Below are positions 26,188-37,927 of a stretch of DNA of 38,890 bases, in pieces; position 1 is the stretch's first letter; each line of letters begins with the position of its first letter. This stretch comes from Escherichia phage ECA2: sequence record NC_047766.1. One strand, written 5' to 3'. A program made the translations under genes and the position numbers. The notes beneath the pieces were generated by a model. The model saw only the letters and a program-made list of their open reading frames with translations, searched no databases and had not been told where the DNA came from.

Positions 26188-26886
26188 ATGGCTGGTTTCA
26201 AGAAGAAAATCTACACCTCTGGTCTTGGCACTGCTGAGCCGTATGCTTACCTGAGTAAGCCGGATTATGGCAACGAAGAGCGTGGCTTCGGCAACCCTCG
26301 TGGTGTCTATAAGGTAGACCTGACTCTTTCCAATAAAGACCCGCGCTGTCAGGCGATGGTCGATGAAATCGTGAAGACTCACGAAGAGGCTTATGCTGCT
26401 GCCGTGGAAGAGCTCGAGGCTAACCCGCCGCAGGTACAGCGTGGTAAGAAACCGCTGAAACCTTACGAGGGCGACATGCCGTTCTTCGATAACGGTGATG
26501 GTACGACTACCTTCAAGTTCAAATGCTATGCGTCTTTCCAAGACAAGAAGACCAAAGAGACCAAACACATCAATCTGGTCGTGGTCGATAGCAAGGGCAA
26601 GAAGATTCAGGACGTTCCGATTATCGGCGGCGGCTCTAAGCTGAAAGTGAAATACTCTCTGGTGCCTTACAAGTGGAACACCGCTGTGGGCGCAAGCGTC
26701 AAGCTGCAACTGGAATCCGTGATGCTGGTCGAACTGGCTACCTTCGGTGGTGGCGGTGAAGATGAGTGGGCCGATGAAGTCGAAGATGGCGGTTACACTG
26801 CGAGCGAATCCCGTCAGTCCCGCGATGAACAGGAGTGGCAGGAAGACGAGCACGAAGAAACCCCGGATGACGACGAGGACTTCTAA
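26188..26886 (+). CDS. 2.5: Single-stranded DNA-binding protein (gp2.5)
   Basis: 232 aa; acidic C-terminal tail ending DDDEDF; strong match to recalled T7 gp2.5. Confidence 0.96.
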   Translation: MAGFKKKIYTSGLGTAEPYAYLSKPDYGNEERGFGNPRGVYKVDLTLSNKDPRCQAMVDEIVKTHEEAYAAAVEELEANPPQVQRGKKPLKPYEGDMPFFDNGDGTTTFKFKCYASFQDKKTKETKHINLVVVDSKGKKIQDVPIIGGGSKLKVKYSLVPYKWNTAVGASVKLQLESVMLVELATFGGGGEDEWADEVEDGGYTASESRQSRDEQEWQEDEHEETPDDDEDF

Positions 26887-27347
26887 TGGCTGGCGCATAC
26901 GCTGCGCGAGGTGTACGCAAGGTCGGGGCTTTCCGCTCCGGCCTAGAAGATAAAGTCTCAAAGCAGCTTGAGAGTAAGGGTATTAAGTTCGACTATGAAC
27001 TTTGGCGTATCCCTTACGTCATCCCTGCGAGTGACCACTTATACACTCCAGACTTCCTGCTGCCTAATGGTATCTTCATTGAGACCAAAGGGCTGTGGGA
27101 TTCCGATGACCGCAAGAAACACCTTTTGATTCGTGAGCAACATCCTGAACTGGACATTCGCTTGGTCTTCTCAAGCAGCCGCTCAAAGCTCTATAAGGGC
27201 AGCCCAACAAGCTACGGTGAGTGGTGTGAGAAGCATGGCATTCTGTTTGCTGATAAGCTGATTCCTGTGGCGTGGCTCAAAGAACCCAAGAAGGAGGTTC
27301 CGTTCGATAAATTTAAGACTAAGAAAGGAGTAAAGAAAAATGGCTAA
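26886..27347 (+). CDS. 3: Endonuclease I (gp3), Holliday junction resolvase
   Basis: 153 aa; synteny and size. Confidence 0.9.
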   Translation: MAGAYAARGVRKVGAFRSGLEDKVSKQLESKGIKFDYELWRIPYVIPASDHLYTPDFLLPNGIFIETKGLWDSDDRKKHLLIREQHPELDIRLVFSSSRSKLYKGSPTSYGEWCEKHGILFADKLIPVAWLKEPKKEVPFDKFKTKKGVKKNG

Positions 27348-27795
27348 AGTTCAATTCAAACCACGAGCAACCACGGAGGCAATCTTTGTGCATTGCTCAG
27401 CAACAAAGCAAAGCCAGAACATTGGCGTTCGTGAGATTCGTCAGTGGCACAAAGAGCAGGGCTGGTTAGACGTAGGATATCACTTCATCATCAAGCGTGA
27501 TGGCACTGTGGAAGCAGGCCGCGATGAACTGGCTGTAGGTTCCCATGTGAAAGGTTACAACCACAACTCCGTAGGCGTATGCCTCGTGGGTGGGATTGAT
27601 GATAAAGGCAAGTTCGACGCCAACTTTACACCTGCGCAAATGCAAGCGCTGCGTAGTCTGCTGGTCACGCTGCTGGCGAAGTATGAGGGTTCAATCCTTC
27701 GTGCTCACCATGACGTTGCACCCAAAGCCTGCCCGTCCTTCGACTTGAAGCGCTGGTGGGAGAAGAACGAACTGGTTACATCTGACCGAGGGTAA
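27340..27795 (+). CDS. 3.5: Lysozyme / N-acetylmuramoyl-L-alanine amidase (gp3.5)
   Basis: 151 aa; amidase_2-like sequence with His and Cys ligands; synteny. Confidence 0.93.
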   Translation: MAKVQFKPRATTEAIFVHCSATKQSQNIGVREIRQWHKEQGWLDVGYHFIIKRDGTVEAGRDELAVGSHVKGYNHNSVGVCLVGGIDDKGKFDANFTPAQMQALRSLLVTLLAKYEGSILRAHHDVAPKACPSFDLKRWWEKNELVTSDRG

Positions 27796-27799
27796 TACC

Positions 27800-27907
27800 A
27801 TGAGGATGATTTGTATTCGCTGTGATAAGCCGTTGAAGAGTCGTGTACCGTCACGTCAGTGTCAGTGCAAAGACCCAATCAAGGCTGAGGAACACACCGA
27901 GGAATAA
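27800..27907 (+). CDS. gp3.7-like small Cys-containing protein (35 aa)
   Basis: MRMICIRCDKPLKSRVPSRQCQCKDPIKAEEHTEE; position only. Confidence 0.4.
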   Translation: MRMICIRCDKPLKSRVPSRQCQCKDPIKAEEHTEE

Positions 27908-27928
27908 TTAACACTCACTAAAGGGATG
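27905..27928 (+). promoter_or_regulatory. Phage RNAP promoter variant upstream of gene 4
   Basis: AATTAACACTCACTAAAGGGATGA (CACTC in place of CCCTC); start site lies within hairpin GGGATGAC...GTTGTCCC. Confidence 0.7.
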
Positions 27929-27960
27929 ACATAACGTTGTCCCTTTGTTCGCACTATTGA

Positions 27961-29676
<1,716 letters not shown>

Positions 29677-29726
29677 GTACCAGTGCCACTGCGGTCATCC
29701 AGACTGTGATGGCGGAATGTATAATT

Positions 29727-29752
29727 GATTAACCCCTCACTAACGGGAACAA
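29727..29752 (+). promoter_or_regulatory. Phage RNAP promoter (phi4.3-like)
   Basis: GATTAACCCCTCACTAACGGGAACA (one extra C). Confidence 0.7.
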
Positions 29753-29775
29753 CCTCAAACAATAGGAGACACATC

Positions 29776-29988
29776 ATGTTTAAATTCATTAACGCTTTAG
29801 GTAAGCTGGTAGTAAAACTGTACTTCATCGAAGCCAAGAAGCTGGACAAGAAGGCCAAAGCTGATTCACAGCGAGCCATTGAGTTGGCGAAACAGTCCCG
29901 CGAGAAATCCGATGCGGCTGTTAGTGGCATCCACAAGTCGGCAGCGATTGCAGCCAAAGCACAGTCCATGAGCAAATTCTTTGAGTAA
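29776..29988 (+). CDS. 4.3: gp4.3
   Basis: 70 aa from ATG 29776 after the promoter; MFKFINALGKLVV...SKFFE resembles recalled T7 gp4.3. Confidence 0.8.
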   Translation: MFKFINALGKLVVKLYFIEAKKLDKKAKADSQRAIELAKQSREKSDAAVSGIHKSAAIAAKAQSMSKFFE

Positions 29989-30000
29989 GGAGCGAACACT

Positions 30001-30285
30001 ATGAGCAAGTCAATCACTCACGCAAACACCATCCGTCTGCCAGACACCGCCGACCAGTTCTCCCGCCGAGTACACATCAATGTGCGTGGCGAGAAGGTCA
30101 CGATGGTCTACCGCTGGAAAGACCACAAGTCTCCGAAAGCACACACTCAACGAATGACCTTGGATGACAAGCAGGTCGGTCGCTTGATGGGTGCCCTGAC
30201 TATGGCTGCTGACAAGGTGGTAGGTGACAACCGTGAGCGTCTGGTAGAGTTCGGCGCTGGTATGCAAGAGATTATCGAGAAGTGA
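30001..30285 (+). CDS. 4.5: gp4.5
   Basis: 94 aa; RBS AAGGAG; synteny. Confidence 0.8.
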   Translation: MSKSITHANTIRLPDTADQFSRRVHINVRGEKVTMVYRWKDHKSPKAHTQRMTLDDKQVGRLMGALTMAADKVVGDNRERLVEFGAGMQEIIEK

Positions 30286-30326
30286 TAAACTCAAGGTCGC
30301 CCAAGGGTGGCCTTTATGATTATCAT
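30286..30326 (+). ncRNA. RNase III site (R4.7-like) upstream of gene 5
   Basis: AAACTCAAGGTCGCCCAAGGGTGGCCTTTATGATTATC. Confidence 0.7.
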
Positions 30327-30352
30327 TTAGCACGAAACCAAAGGAGGGCATT

Positions 30353-32467
30353 ATGCTCGTAAGTGACATTGAGTCCAACAACCTCTTAGAGAAAGTCACC
30401 AAGTTTCACTGTGGCGTTATCTATGACTACCGTGATGGTGAGTATCATAGTTATCGTCCGGGCGACTTCGGGGCGTATCTGGATGCGCTGGAAGCCGAGG
30501 TGAAGCGAGGTGGGCTTATTGTTTTCCATAACGGTCACAAGTATGACGTTCCGGCTTTAGAGAAACTCGCAAAGCTGCAACTTAATCGTGACTTCAAGTT
30601 ACCACGTGAGAATTGTATTGACACACTGGTACTCTCGCGTTTACTTCATGCGAACCTTAAAGACACAGACATGGGGCTTCTTCGTTCCGGGAAACTACCC
30701 GGTCGTCACTTCGGGTCTCACGCTCTTGAGGCATGGGGTTATCGCTTGGGCGAGATGAAGGGTGAATACAAGGACGACTTCAAGGCTATGCTGGAAGAGC
30801 AGGGCGAAGAGTATGTTGATGGTGCTGAGTGGGTTTCGTTCAACGAGCCGATGATGGCGTATAACGTTCAAGACGTTGTGGTCACTGTCAAGCTCTTAGA
30901 GAAATTCCTTACAGACCTCCACTACTTCCCTGCTGGTATTGACTTCACGAAGTACGATGCGGATTTATTCTGGCGAGAAGCTGGCGAATCTGTGGATATT
31001 GAACATCGTGCAGCGTGGCTTTTAGCGAAGCAGGAGCGTAACGGCTTCCCGTTCAACACCAAGGCAATTGAGGAACTTTATGTAGAACTGGCAGCGAAAC
31101 GCGCCGAACTTCTGCGAAAGTTAACCGAAACGTTTGGCTCGTGGTATCAACCGAAAGGTGGTAAGGAACTCTTCAAGCACCCACGGACAGGCAAGCCGCT
31201 GCCGAGTTACCCTCGCGTGGTCTATCCGAAACAGGGTGGCGTGTATAAGAAGCCTCGTAATAAGGCACAGCGCGAAGGTCTTGAACCTTGCGACTTGGAC
31301 ACGAGGGACTACATGGAGGGTGCTCCGTATACTCCGGTAGAGTTCGTTACGTTCAAGCCAAGTAGCCGTGACCACATTCAGAAGAAACTACAGGAGGCCG
31401 GATGGGTTCCTGAGAAGTTCACCGAGAAGGGTGCGCCTGTGGTGGACGATGAGGTCTTGGAGCATGTACGAGTGGATGACCCTGAGAAGCAGGCGTGCAT
31501 TGACTTGATTAAAGAGTACCTGATGATTCAGAAGCGAATCGGTCAGGCGGCAGAGGGAGACAAGGCGTGGTTACGTTATGTTCAAGATGATGGTAAGATT
31601 CACGGAGCCGTTAACCCTAACGGTGCAGTTACTGGTCGTGCTACTCATAGTTTCCCAAACCTTGCACAAGTACCCGGCGTTCGTTCTCCTTACGGGGAGC
31701 AGTGTCGTAGCGCTTTTGGTGCTGAACATCATTTGGATGGGATTACTGGCAAGCCGTGGGTGCAAGCGGGGATAGACGCCAGTGGCTTAGAGTTGCGCTG
31801 TCTGGCACACTTCATGGCTCGCTTCGACAACGGAGAGTATGCGAATGAGATTCTCAACGGTGACATTCACACCAAGAACCAGAACGCTGCGGAACTACCA
31901 ACGCGTGACAACACCAAGACCTTCATTTACGGGTTCCTTTACGGAGCCGGAGATGAGAAGCTTGGTCAGATTGTTGGGGCAGGGAAGGAGCGCGGGAAGG
32001 AACTCAAGAAGAAATTCTTAGAGAACACCCCGGCGATTGCAGCGCTACGAGAAGCCATCCAACAGTCACTCGTTAAGTCTTCCACTTGGATTGGTGGTGA
32101 GCAGAAAGTCCAGTGGAAACGCCGTTGGATTAAGGGTCTGGATGGTCGCAAGGTTCACGTCAGGTCTCCACACGCAGCTCTCAACACATTGTTGCAGTCT
32201 GCTGGTGCTCTAATTTGTAAGCTGTGGATTATCAAGACCGAAGAGATGCTCATTGAGAAAGGCTTGAAGCATGGCTGGGATGGTGACTTTGTGTACATGG
32301 CTTGGGTTCACGATGAGATTCAGGTGGCCTGCCGTACAGAGCACATCGCTCAGATTGTTATTGACACCGCGCAGGAAGCTATGCGTTGGGTCGGAGAGCA
32401 TTGGGCTTTCCGTTGTCGTTTAGATACCGAGGGTAAGATGGGGCCGAATTGGGCTGTCTGCCACTAA
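30353..32467 (+). CDS. 5: DNA polymerase (gp5), family A with 3'-5' exonuclease
   Basis: 704 aa, same length as T7 gp5; uninterrupted (no intron or intein). Confidence 0.97.
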   Translation: MLVSDIESNNLLEKVTKFHCGVIYDYRDGEYHSYRPGDFGAYLDALEAEVKRGGLIVFHNGHKYDVPALEKLAKLQLNRDFKLPRENCIDTLVLSRLLHANLKDTDMGLLRSGKLPGRHFGSHALEAWGYRLGEMKGEYKDDFKAMLEEQGEEYVDGAEWVSFNEPMMAYNVQDVVVTVKLLEKFLTDLHYFPAGIDFTKYDADLFWREAGESVDIEHRAAWLLAKQERNGFPFNTKAIEELYVELAAKRAELLRKLTETFGSWYQPKGGKELFKHPRTGKPLPSYPRVVYPKQGGVYKKPRNKAQREGLEPCDLDTRDYMEGAPYTPVEFVTFKPSSRDHIQKKLQEAGWVPEKFTEKGAPVVDDEVLEHVRVDDPEKQACIDLIKEYLMIQKRIGQAAEGDKAWLRYVQDDGKIHGAVNPNGAVTGRATHSFPNLAQVPGVRSPYGEQCRSAFGAEHHLDGITGKPWVQAGIDASGLELRCLAHFMARFDNGEYANEILNGDIHTKNQNAAELPTRDNTKTFIYGFLYGAGDEKLGQIVGAGKERGKELKKKFLENTPAIAALREAIQQSLVKSSTWIGGEQKVQWKRRWIKGLDGRKVHVRSPHAALNTLLQSAGALICKLWIIKTEEMLIEKGLKHGWDGDFVYMAWVHDEIQVACRTEHIAQIVIDTAQEAMRWVGEHWAFRCRLDTEGKMGPNWAVCH

Positions 32468-32486
32468 TTCTATAGGAGAAATTATT

Positions 32487-32786
32487 ATGGCTATGACCAA
32501 GAAATTTAAAGTGTCATTCGACGTTACCGCTAAGATGGCATCTGACGTTCAGGAAATCTTGGAGAAAGACATTCTGCACCTGTGTAAGCAGGTTGGCTCA
32601 GGCGCTATTGTCCCCTATGGTAAACAGAAAGAGATGATTGTCCAGTTCCTGACGTATGGCATGGAGGGGCTGATGGCCTTCCTTGTGCGAACGTCTTTCC
32701 GTGAGGCCATCAAAGATATGAACGAAGAGTATGCCGATAAGGACAGCTTCAAGCTGTCTCCCGCTACTGTACGGGAGGTGTTCTAA
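32487..32786 (+). CDS. 5.5: gp5.5 (H-NS-binding protein in T7)
   Basis: 99 aa; MAMTKKFKVSFDVTAKMASDVQEILEKD... nearly identical to recalled T7 gp5.5. Confidence 0.93.
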   Translation: MAMTKKFKVSFDVTAKMASDVQEILEKDILHLCKQVGSGAIVPYGKQKEMIVQFLTYGMEGLMAFLVRTSFREAIKDMNEEYADKDSFKLSPATVREVF

Positions 32787-32995
32787 TGAGTGAATACCTG
32801 AAAGTGCTGGCAGCTATCAAAGGCTGCCCTAAGTCCTTTCAGTCGAACTATGTGCGAAACAATGCGGCTCTCGTAGCTGAGGCCGCTTCTCGTGGACACA
32901 TTAGCTGTTTGACTGTGGGCGGTCGCAATGGTGGAGCATGGGAGGTCACAGCCTCTGGTGTGCGCTTCCTGAAACGAATGGGAGGTTGCGTATGA
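32786..32995 (+). CDS. 5.7: gp5.7
   Basis: 69 aa; synteny, overlapping start/stop. Confidence 0.8.
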   Translation: MSEYLKVLAAIKGCPKSFQSNYVRNNAALVAEAASRGHISCLTVGGRNGGAWEVTASGVRFLKRMGGCV

Positions 32996-33174
32996 TTATA
33001 CCTAAGAGTGACACCGTAACGATGACCCGTGATGCGTGGAACGATGTTAGCGCGTACATTGATAAGCTGGAGAAAGACCTAGAGTTCCTGAATGCGCTTA
33101 AGGCGTGTGGTGTGGATAATTGGGACGGATACTCTGATGCAGTCGAAATGGTTTACGGGGAGGATGACGAATGA
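32992..33174 (+). CDS. 5.9: gp5.9-like acidic protein (RecBCD inhibitor in T7)
   Basis: 60 aa from ATG 32992; acidic; synteny. Confidence 0.7.
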   Translation: MIIPKSDTVTMTRDAWNDVSAYIDKLEKDLEFLNALKACGVDNWDGYSDAVEMVYGEDDE

Positions 33175-34082
33175 GCCTAATCACATTGAAAGACTTCGCG
33201 GAGATGCGTGAAGGTAAGCCTATGGAGAAGGGAGTGCTGGTCATGGACGGTGACTGGTTGGTATATCAGTCAATGGCTGCTGCCGAAGTTGAGACGGATT
33301 GGGGAGACGACATTTGGACTCTTGAGTGTGACCACGCCAAGGCACGGAGCATTCTCGATTCTGCAATCGAATCGTACCGAACCCGTAAGAAGGCTTGGAG
33401 TGACGCTATGGTTGTTCTGGCGTATACCGACGATGTGAACTGGCGTAAGGTACTGGTTGATGAGACCTATAAGGAGAACCGTAAGGCGACCCGTAAGCCT
33501 GTAGGATACCGTGACTTCCTATCGAAGCTGTGGGAGCGCGATGAGTTCATTCACATCAAAGAGGACATGCTGGAGGGTGATGACGTTATGGGCATCATTG
33601 GGTCTGGTCACGAGGTCTTCGGCTTCAAGAAGGCTGTGTTGGTCTCCTGTGACAAGGACTTCAAGACTATCCCGGACGTTGACTTCCTGTGGTGTACCAC
33701 TGGTAACATCCTGACGCAGACCAAAGAGACCGCTGATTGGTGGCATCTCTTCCAGACTATCAAGGGTGATATGACTGATGGCTACTCCGGGATTCCCGGC
33801 TGGGGCGATACGGCAGAAGGTTTCCTGAATGACCCGTTCATTGTGGAGCCTGTAGAGTCCGTGTTGAAGTCTGGTAAGAACAAGGGGCAGACAGTAACCA
33901 AGTGGGTGAAGCGTGCTCCTGATGCGACTGAGACGCTGTGGGACTGCATTAAATCCATTGGTGCCAAAGCTGGGATGACCGAGCAGGAAATCATCAAGCA
34001 AGGCCAGATGGCTCGCATTCTTCGCTTCGAGGAATACAATTACATTGACAAGGAGATTTACTTATGGACGCCGCGAAGCTGA
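33171..34082 (+). CDS. 6: 5'-3' exonuclease (gp6)
   Basis: 303 aa; synteny and size. Confidence 0.93.
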   Translation: MSLITLKDFAEMREGKPMEKGVLVMDGDWLVYQSMAAAEVETDWGDDIWTLECDHAKARSILDSAIESYRTRKKAWSDAMVVLAYTDDVNWRKVLVDETYKENRKATRKPVGYRDFLSKLWERDEFIHIKEDMLEGDDVMGIIGSGHEVFGFKKAVLVSCDKDFKTIPDVDFLWCTTGNILTQTKETADWWHLFQTIKGDMTDGYSGIPGWGDTAEGFLNDPFIVEPVESVLKSGKNKGQTVTKWVKRAPDATETLWDCIKSIGAKAGMTEQEIIKQGQMARILRFEEYNYIDKEIYLWTPRS

Positions 34083-34177
34083 TTACCAGCACAGCGCTGG
34101 TAGGTATGCTGGCGCGAGGTCTCTGGATGTTCGCTCTCATAGTCCGAGACGTGAAGCGAGACTCCGAGATTAAGTGA
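34064..34177 (+). CDS. gp6.3-like small hydrophobic protein (37 aa)
   Basis: [37 protein letters not shown] overlapping the gene 6 end. Confidence 0.45.
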   Translation: MDAAKLITSTALVGMLARGLWMFALIVRDVKRDSEIK

Positions 34178-34178
34178 T

Positions 34179-34240
34179 AAACTCAAGGCTCTCTGTATTA
34201 ACCCTCACTAAAGGGAAGAGGGAGCCTTTATGATTATTAC
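34179..34240 (+). ncRNA. RNase III site (R6.5-like) enclosing promoter phi6.5
   Basis: ACTCAAGGCTCTC...GAGGGAGCCTTTATGATTATTAC with the promoter in the loop. Confidence 0.65.
34197..34222 (+). promoter_or_regulatory. Phage RNAP promoter phi6.5
   Basis: TATTAACCCTCACTAAAGGGAAGAGG. Confidence 0.88.
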
Positions 34241-34269
34241 TTTAAGACTTAACCTTAAGAGGTGAAATT

Positions 34270-34515
34270 ATGTTACAACCAATTAATCATGTTTTAACTC
34301 ATCCCGATGATATTCCTAGTATGCCGCGTGCAGCTAAAGAGTATCTACAGGTGCGCTTCAATCAGGCCTATGTGATGGAGTCCGGGGAGTACCGTGCGCT
34401 CCGCGCTGCGGGTTACTCTGAGTCTTTCATTGCTGGTGTGATGCATGGTCTGTACCTTGCCTCTCGAACACTTGATGAGATTGAGGTGCGTAAAGAGCAA
34501 CTGAGACAGGAGTAA
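34270..34515 (+). CDS. 6.5: gp6.5
   Basis: 81 aa; synteny. Confidence 0.8.
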   Translation: MLQPINHVLTHPDDIPSMPRAAKEYLQVRFNQAYVMESGEYRALRAAGYSESFIAGVMHGLYLASRTLDEIEVRKEQLRQE

Positions 34516-34519
34516 TTAT

Positions 34520-34771
34520 ATGTGCTGGAAACCGAAGGTGAAAGTCCCTAAGATGGACACTAACCAGATTCGCGCTGCCGAACCAGCACCTTTGACTGAA
34601 CCACCGAAATCTGTGGTATGGGGAGGCGATGACGATGAGGACACCAGCGTGTCTTCCTCTGAGGTGCCAACCTCACCGAGCAGCGGTAAGAGCAGTCTTA
34701 AGGTAAAGCTGGATGACAGCGCAGCCAAGAACAAGAGTAAATCCTCCATTCGCTCAAAGGCGTTTGGGTAA
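34520..34771 (+). CDS. 6.7: gp6.7 virion protein
   Basis: 83 aa; MCWKPKVKVPKMDTNQIRAAEPAPLT resembles recalled T7 gp6.7. Confidence 0.88.
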   Translation: MCWKPKVKVPKMDTNQIRAAEPAPLTEPPKSVVWGGDDDEDTSVSSSEVPTSPSSGKSSLKVKLDDSAAKNKSKSSIRSKAFG

Positions 34772-34798
34772 CTGAGTCATAGCATAGGGAGAAACATC

Positions 34799-35119
34799 AT
34801 GGGATTCTTCAAGAAAATCAAGAAGGCTGTTAAGAAAGTTGTGAAGGAAGTTAGCAGACCAGTCGAGAAGGCAGGTAAGGAAGTTGGTAAGGTTGTTGGA
34901 GGCGCGCTGGGTGCAGGTAAGCAGGAGATTATCCAACAAGAGGCTCCAGCACCAGTAGTAGCTGCACCGCCACCAGCACAGATTGTAGACGTACCTGAAC
35001 AGGATAAGGCTGAGGGCGAGGATGAGGCGCAAACCGAGAGCGCACGTAAGAAGGCACGCGCTGGCGGTAAGAAAGCACTTAGCGTAGCTCGCAGTTCCGG
35101 CGGTGGAATCAATATCTGA
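34799..35119 (+). CDS. 7.3: gp7.3 tail / host-range protein
   Basis: 106 aa; C-terminus AQTESARKKARAGGKKALSVARSSGGGINI matches recalled T7 gp7.3. Confidence 0.9.
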   Translation: MGFFKKIKKAVKKVVKEVSRPVEKAGKEVGKVVGGALGAGKQEIIQQEAPAPVVAAPPPAQIVDVPEQDKAEGEDEAQTESARKKARAGGKKALSVARSSGGGINI

Positions 35120-35129
35120 GGAGGACTGA

Positions 35130-36737
35130 ATGGCTGATTCAAAACGTACAGGATTGGGCGAAGACGGTGCTAAAGCTACCTATGACCGCCTGACGAACGA
35201 CCGTAGAGCCTATGAGACTCGTGCGGAAAACTGTGCGCAATACACCATTCCGTCCTTGTTCCCGAAGGAGTCCGATAACGAATCTACCGACTACACGACT
35301 CCGTGGCAGGCTGTAGGTGCGCGGGGTCTTAACAATCTGGCCTCTAAATTAATGCTGGCACTATTCCCGATGCAGTCGTGGATGAAGCTGACCATTAGTG
35401 AATATGAGGCGAAGCAGCTTGTTGGAGACCCTGATGGACTCGCTAAGGTGGACGAAGGTCTGTCTATGGTTGAGCGTATTATCATGAATTATATCGAATC
35501 CAACAGTTACCGTGTAACACTCTTTGAGTGCCTCAAGCAGTTGATCGTGGCAGGTAATGCACTGCTTTACTTACCGGAACCCGAGGGTAGCTACAATCCG
35601 ATGAAGCTGTACCGATTGTCTTCTTATGTTGTCCAAAGAGACGCATACGGCAATGTGTTACAGATTGTCACTCGTGACCAGATAGCCTTTGGTGCTCTCC
35701 CGGAAGACGTTCGGTCTGCGGTAGAGAAAGCTGGTGGTGAGAAGAAGATGGACGAAATGGTCGATGTGTACACCCATGTGTATCTCGATGAAGAGTCCGG
35801 CGATTACCTCAAGTATGAGGAAGTAGAGGACGTTGAGATTGATGGCTCCGATGCCACCTATCCGACTGACGCTATGCCCTACATTCCGGTGCGCATGGTT
35901 CGAATTGATGGCGAGTCTTATGGTCGCTCCTACTGTGAAGAATACTTAGGTGACTTAAGGTCTCTTGAGAATCTCCAAGAGGCTATCGTTAAGATGAGCA
36001 TGATTAGTGCGAAGGTCATAGGTCTGGTGAATCCTGCTGGCATTACGCAGCCCCGTAGATTAACCAAAGCTCAGACTGGTGACTTCGTTCCCGGTCGCCG
36101 AGAAGACATTGACTTCCTGCAACTGGAGAAGCAAGCTGACTTTACCGTAGCGAAAGCTGTGAGTGACCAGATAGAAGCACGCTTATCGTATGCCTTTATG
36201 TTGAACTCTGCGGTGCAACGAACAGGTGAACGTGTGACCGCCGAAGAGATTCGATACGTTGCGTCAGAACTGGAAGATACGCTTGGTGGTGTCTATTCGA
36301 TTCTGTCTCAAGAACTGCAATTGCCTCTGGTTCGTGTGCTCTTGAAGCAACTCCAAGCAACCTCGCAGATTCCTGAGCTACCGAAAGAAGCCGTTGAGCC
36401 GACTATCAGTACAGGTCTGGAAGCAATCGGGCGTGGTCAAGACCTCGATAAGCTGGAGCGCTGTATCTCCGCTTGGGCTGCTCTGGCTCCTATGCAGGGA
36501 GACCCGGACATTAACCTTGCTGTCATTAAGCTGCGCATTGCTAACGCCATTGGTATTGATACTTCTGGTATCCTACTGACGGACGAGCAGAAGCAAGCAT
36601 TGATGATGCAGGATGCGGCCCAAACAGGTATCGAGAACGCTGCGGCTGCTGGTGGTGCTGGTGTTGGTGCTTTGGCTACCTCAAGTCCAGAAGCTATGAA
36701 GGGTGCAGCAGCACATGCTGGCCTAGACGCCACCTAA
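35130..36737 (+). CDS. 8: Head-to-tail connector / portal protein (gp8)
   Basis: 535 aa; RBS GAGGAGG; synteny and size (T7 gp8 is 536 aa). Confidence 0.95.
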   Translation: MADSKRTGLGEDGAKATYDRLTNDRRAYETRAENCAQYTIPSLFPKESDNESTDYTTPWQAVGARGLNNLASKLMLALFPMQSWMKLTISEYEAKQLVGDPDGLAKVDEGLSMVERIIMNYIESNSYRVTLFECLKQLIVAGNALLYLPEPEGSYNPMKLYRLSSYVVQRDAYGNVLQIVTRDQIAFGALPEDVRSAVEKAGGEKKMDEMVDVYTHVYLDEESGDYLKYEEVEDVEIDGSDATYPTDAMPYIPVRMVRIDGESYGRSYCEEYLGDLRSLENLQEAIVKMSMISAKVIGLVNPAGITQPRRLTKAQTGDFVPGRREDIDFLQLEKQADFTVAKAVSDQIEARLSYAFMLNSAVQRTGERVTAEEIRYVASELEDTLGGVYSILSQELQLPLVRVLLKQLQATSQIPELPKEAVEPTISTGLEAIGRGQDLDKLERCISAWAALAPMQGDPDINLAVIKLRIANAIGIDTSGILLTDEQKQALMMQDAAQTGIENAAAAGGAGVGALATSSPEAMKGAAAHAGLDAT

Positions 36738-36760
36738 TAACCCTCACTAAAGGGAGACCT
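36736..36760 (+). promoter_or_regulatory. Phage RNAP promoter phi9
   Basis: TAATAACCCTCACTAAAGGGAGACC. Confidence 0.88.
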
Positions 36761-36838
36761 CATCTTTGAAATGAGCGATGACTAAAGGTTGGAGTCCTTT
36801 GGTTTCCCTTTATCTTTAACAACTTAGGAGATTTAACA

Positions 36839-37771
36839 ATGGCTGAATCTAATGCAGACGTTTATGCGTCCTTCGGTGTGAACAACGCGGTAATGACCGG
36901 AAGCACACCTACTGAACACGAACAGAATATGCTGAGTCTCGATGTTGCTGCCCGTGATGGCGATGATGCAATCGTACTTAGCGAGGAACCGAGTTCTCAT
37001 AACGATGACCCTTATGCGGCTGGTGAAGACCCATTCGCTAATGAGGAAGACGATGAGGGCCGCATTCAGGTTCGTATCAGTGAAGATGGCAACGAAGCCG
37101 AGTTCGACACTGGTAGCGATAACGCTGAGGTTGAGACCGAAGGTGAAGCCGCTGAGTTTGAGCCGCTGGGTGACACTCCAGAAGAACTGAGCCAAGTGAC
37201 TGAACAATTAGGTCAGCACGAAGAAGGCTTTCAGGCGATGGTCGAGCAGGCCGTTGAGCGTGGACTGAGCGCAGAGTCTGTGACTCGCATCTACGAAGAG
37301 TATGAAGCCGATGGTATCTCTGAGAAATCCTACGCGGAACTCGAAGCTGCTGGCTATAGTCGTGCCTTTGTGGACTCCTACATCTCCGGTCAGGAAGCCC
37401 TTGTAGACCAGTACGTCAATCAGGTAGTTGCCTTTGCTGGTGGTAAGGAGCGCTTTAGCGCAATCCATACGCACCTTGAAGCAACCAACCCGGCTGCGGC
37501 TGAGTCCCTTGAGGCTGCCATGATGAACCGAGACTTGGCGACTATCAAAGCGATTATCAATCTTGCTGGTGAGAGTTACACGAAGAAATTCGGTAAGCCT
37601 GCCAACCGTAGTGTTACCAAGCGTGCTACTCCGGTTAAACCTGTAGCTCGTCAGAAAGAGGGCTTTACGAATCAGGCTGAGATGATTAAAGCTATGAGTG
37701 ACCCGCGTTACCGTAGTGATGCTGCCTACCGTCAAATGGTAGAACAGAAGGTTATCGACTCCAGTTTCTAA
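36839..37771 (+). CDS. 9: Capsid assembly / scaffolding protein (gp9)
   Basis: 310 aa, highly acidic; RBS TAGGAG; synteny. Confidence 0.93.
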   Translation: MAESNADVYASFGVNNAVMTGSTPTEHEQNMLSLDVAARDGDDAIVLSEEPSSHNDDPYAAGEDPFANEEDDEGRIQVRISEDGNEAEFDTGSDNAEVETEGEAAEFEPLGDTPEELSQVTEQLGQHEEGFQAMVEQAVERGLSAESVTRIYEEYEADGISEKSYAELEAAGYSRAFVDSYISGQEALVDQYVNQVVAFAGGKERFSAIHTHLEATNPAAAESLEAAMMNRDLATIKAIINLAGESYTKKFGKPANRSVTKRATPVKPVARQKEGFTNQAEMIKAMSDPRYRSDAAYRQMVEQKVIDSSF

Positions 37772-37796
37772 TTAACCCTCACTAAAGGGAGAGACC
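37769..37796 (+). promoter_or_regulatory. Phage RNAP promoter phi10 (late, consensus)
   Basis: TAATTAACCCTCACTAAAGGGAGAGACC. Confidence 0.92.
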
Positions 37797-37927
37797 ATAG
37801 ATGACTACAATGGTTGAATCACCTGAGCACAGAACTTTGTGGTCACTCCCGTAGGTGAAACATTGAGAACCAACTCGATTCAAGTAGTAACCAAACTTTT
37901 CTTTAAATTAACATAAGGAGATTCAAC

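Noticed and set aside
25711-26961. 416-aa ORF on the minus strand
   Set aside because: Antisense to the conserved genes 1.8, 2 and 2.5; T7-group genomes are transcribed entirely rightward; no minus-strand promoter or RBS; no recognisable motif. Most likely a chance open frame.
37797-37927. Long 5' leader of gene 10 containing a 17-codon mini-ORF
   Set aside because: No RBS for the mini-ORF; more likely an untranslated leader. Noted only because it is longer than the T7 gene 10 leader.
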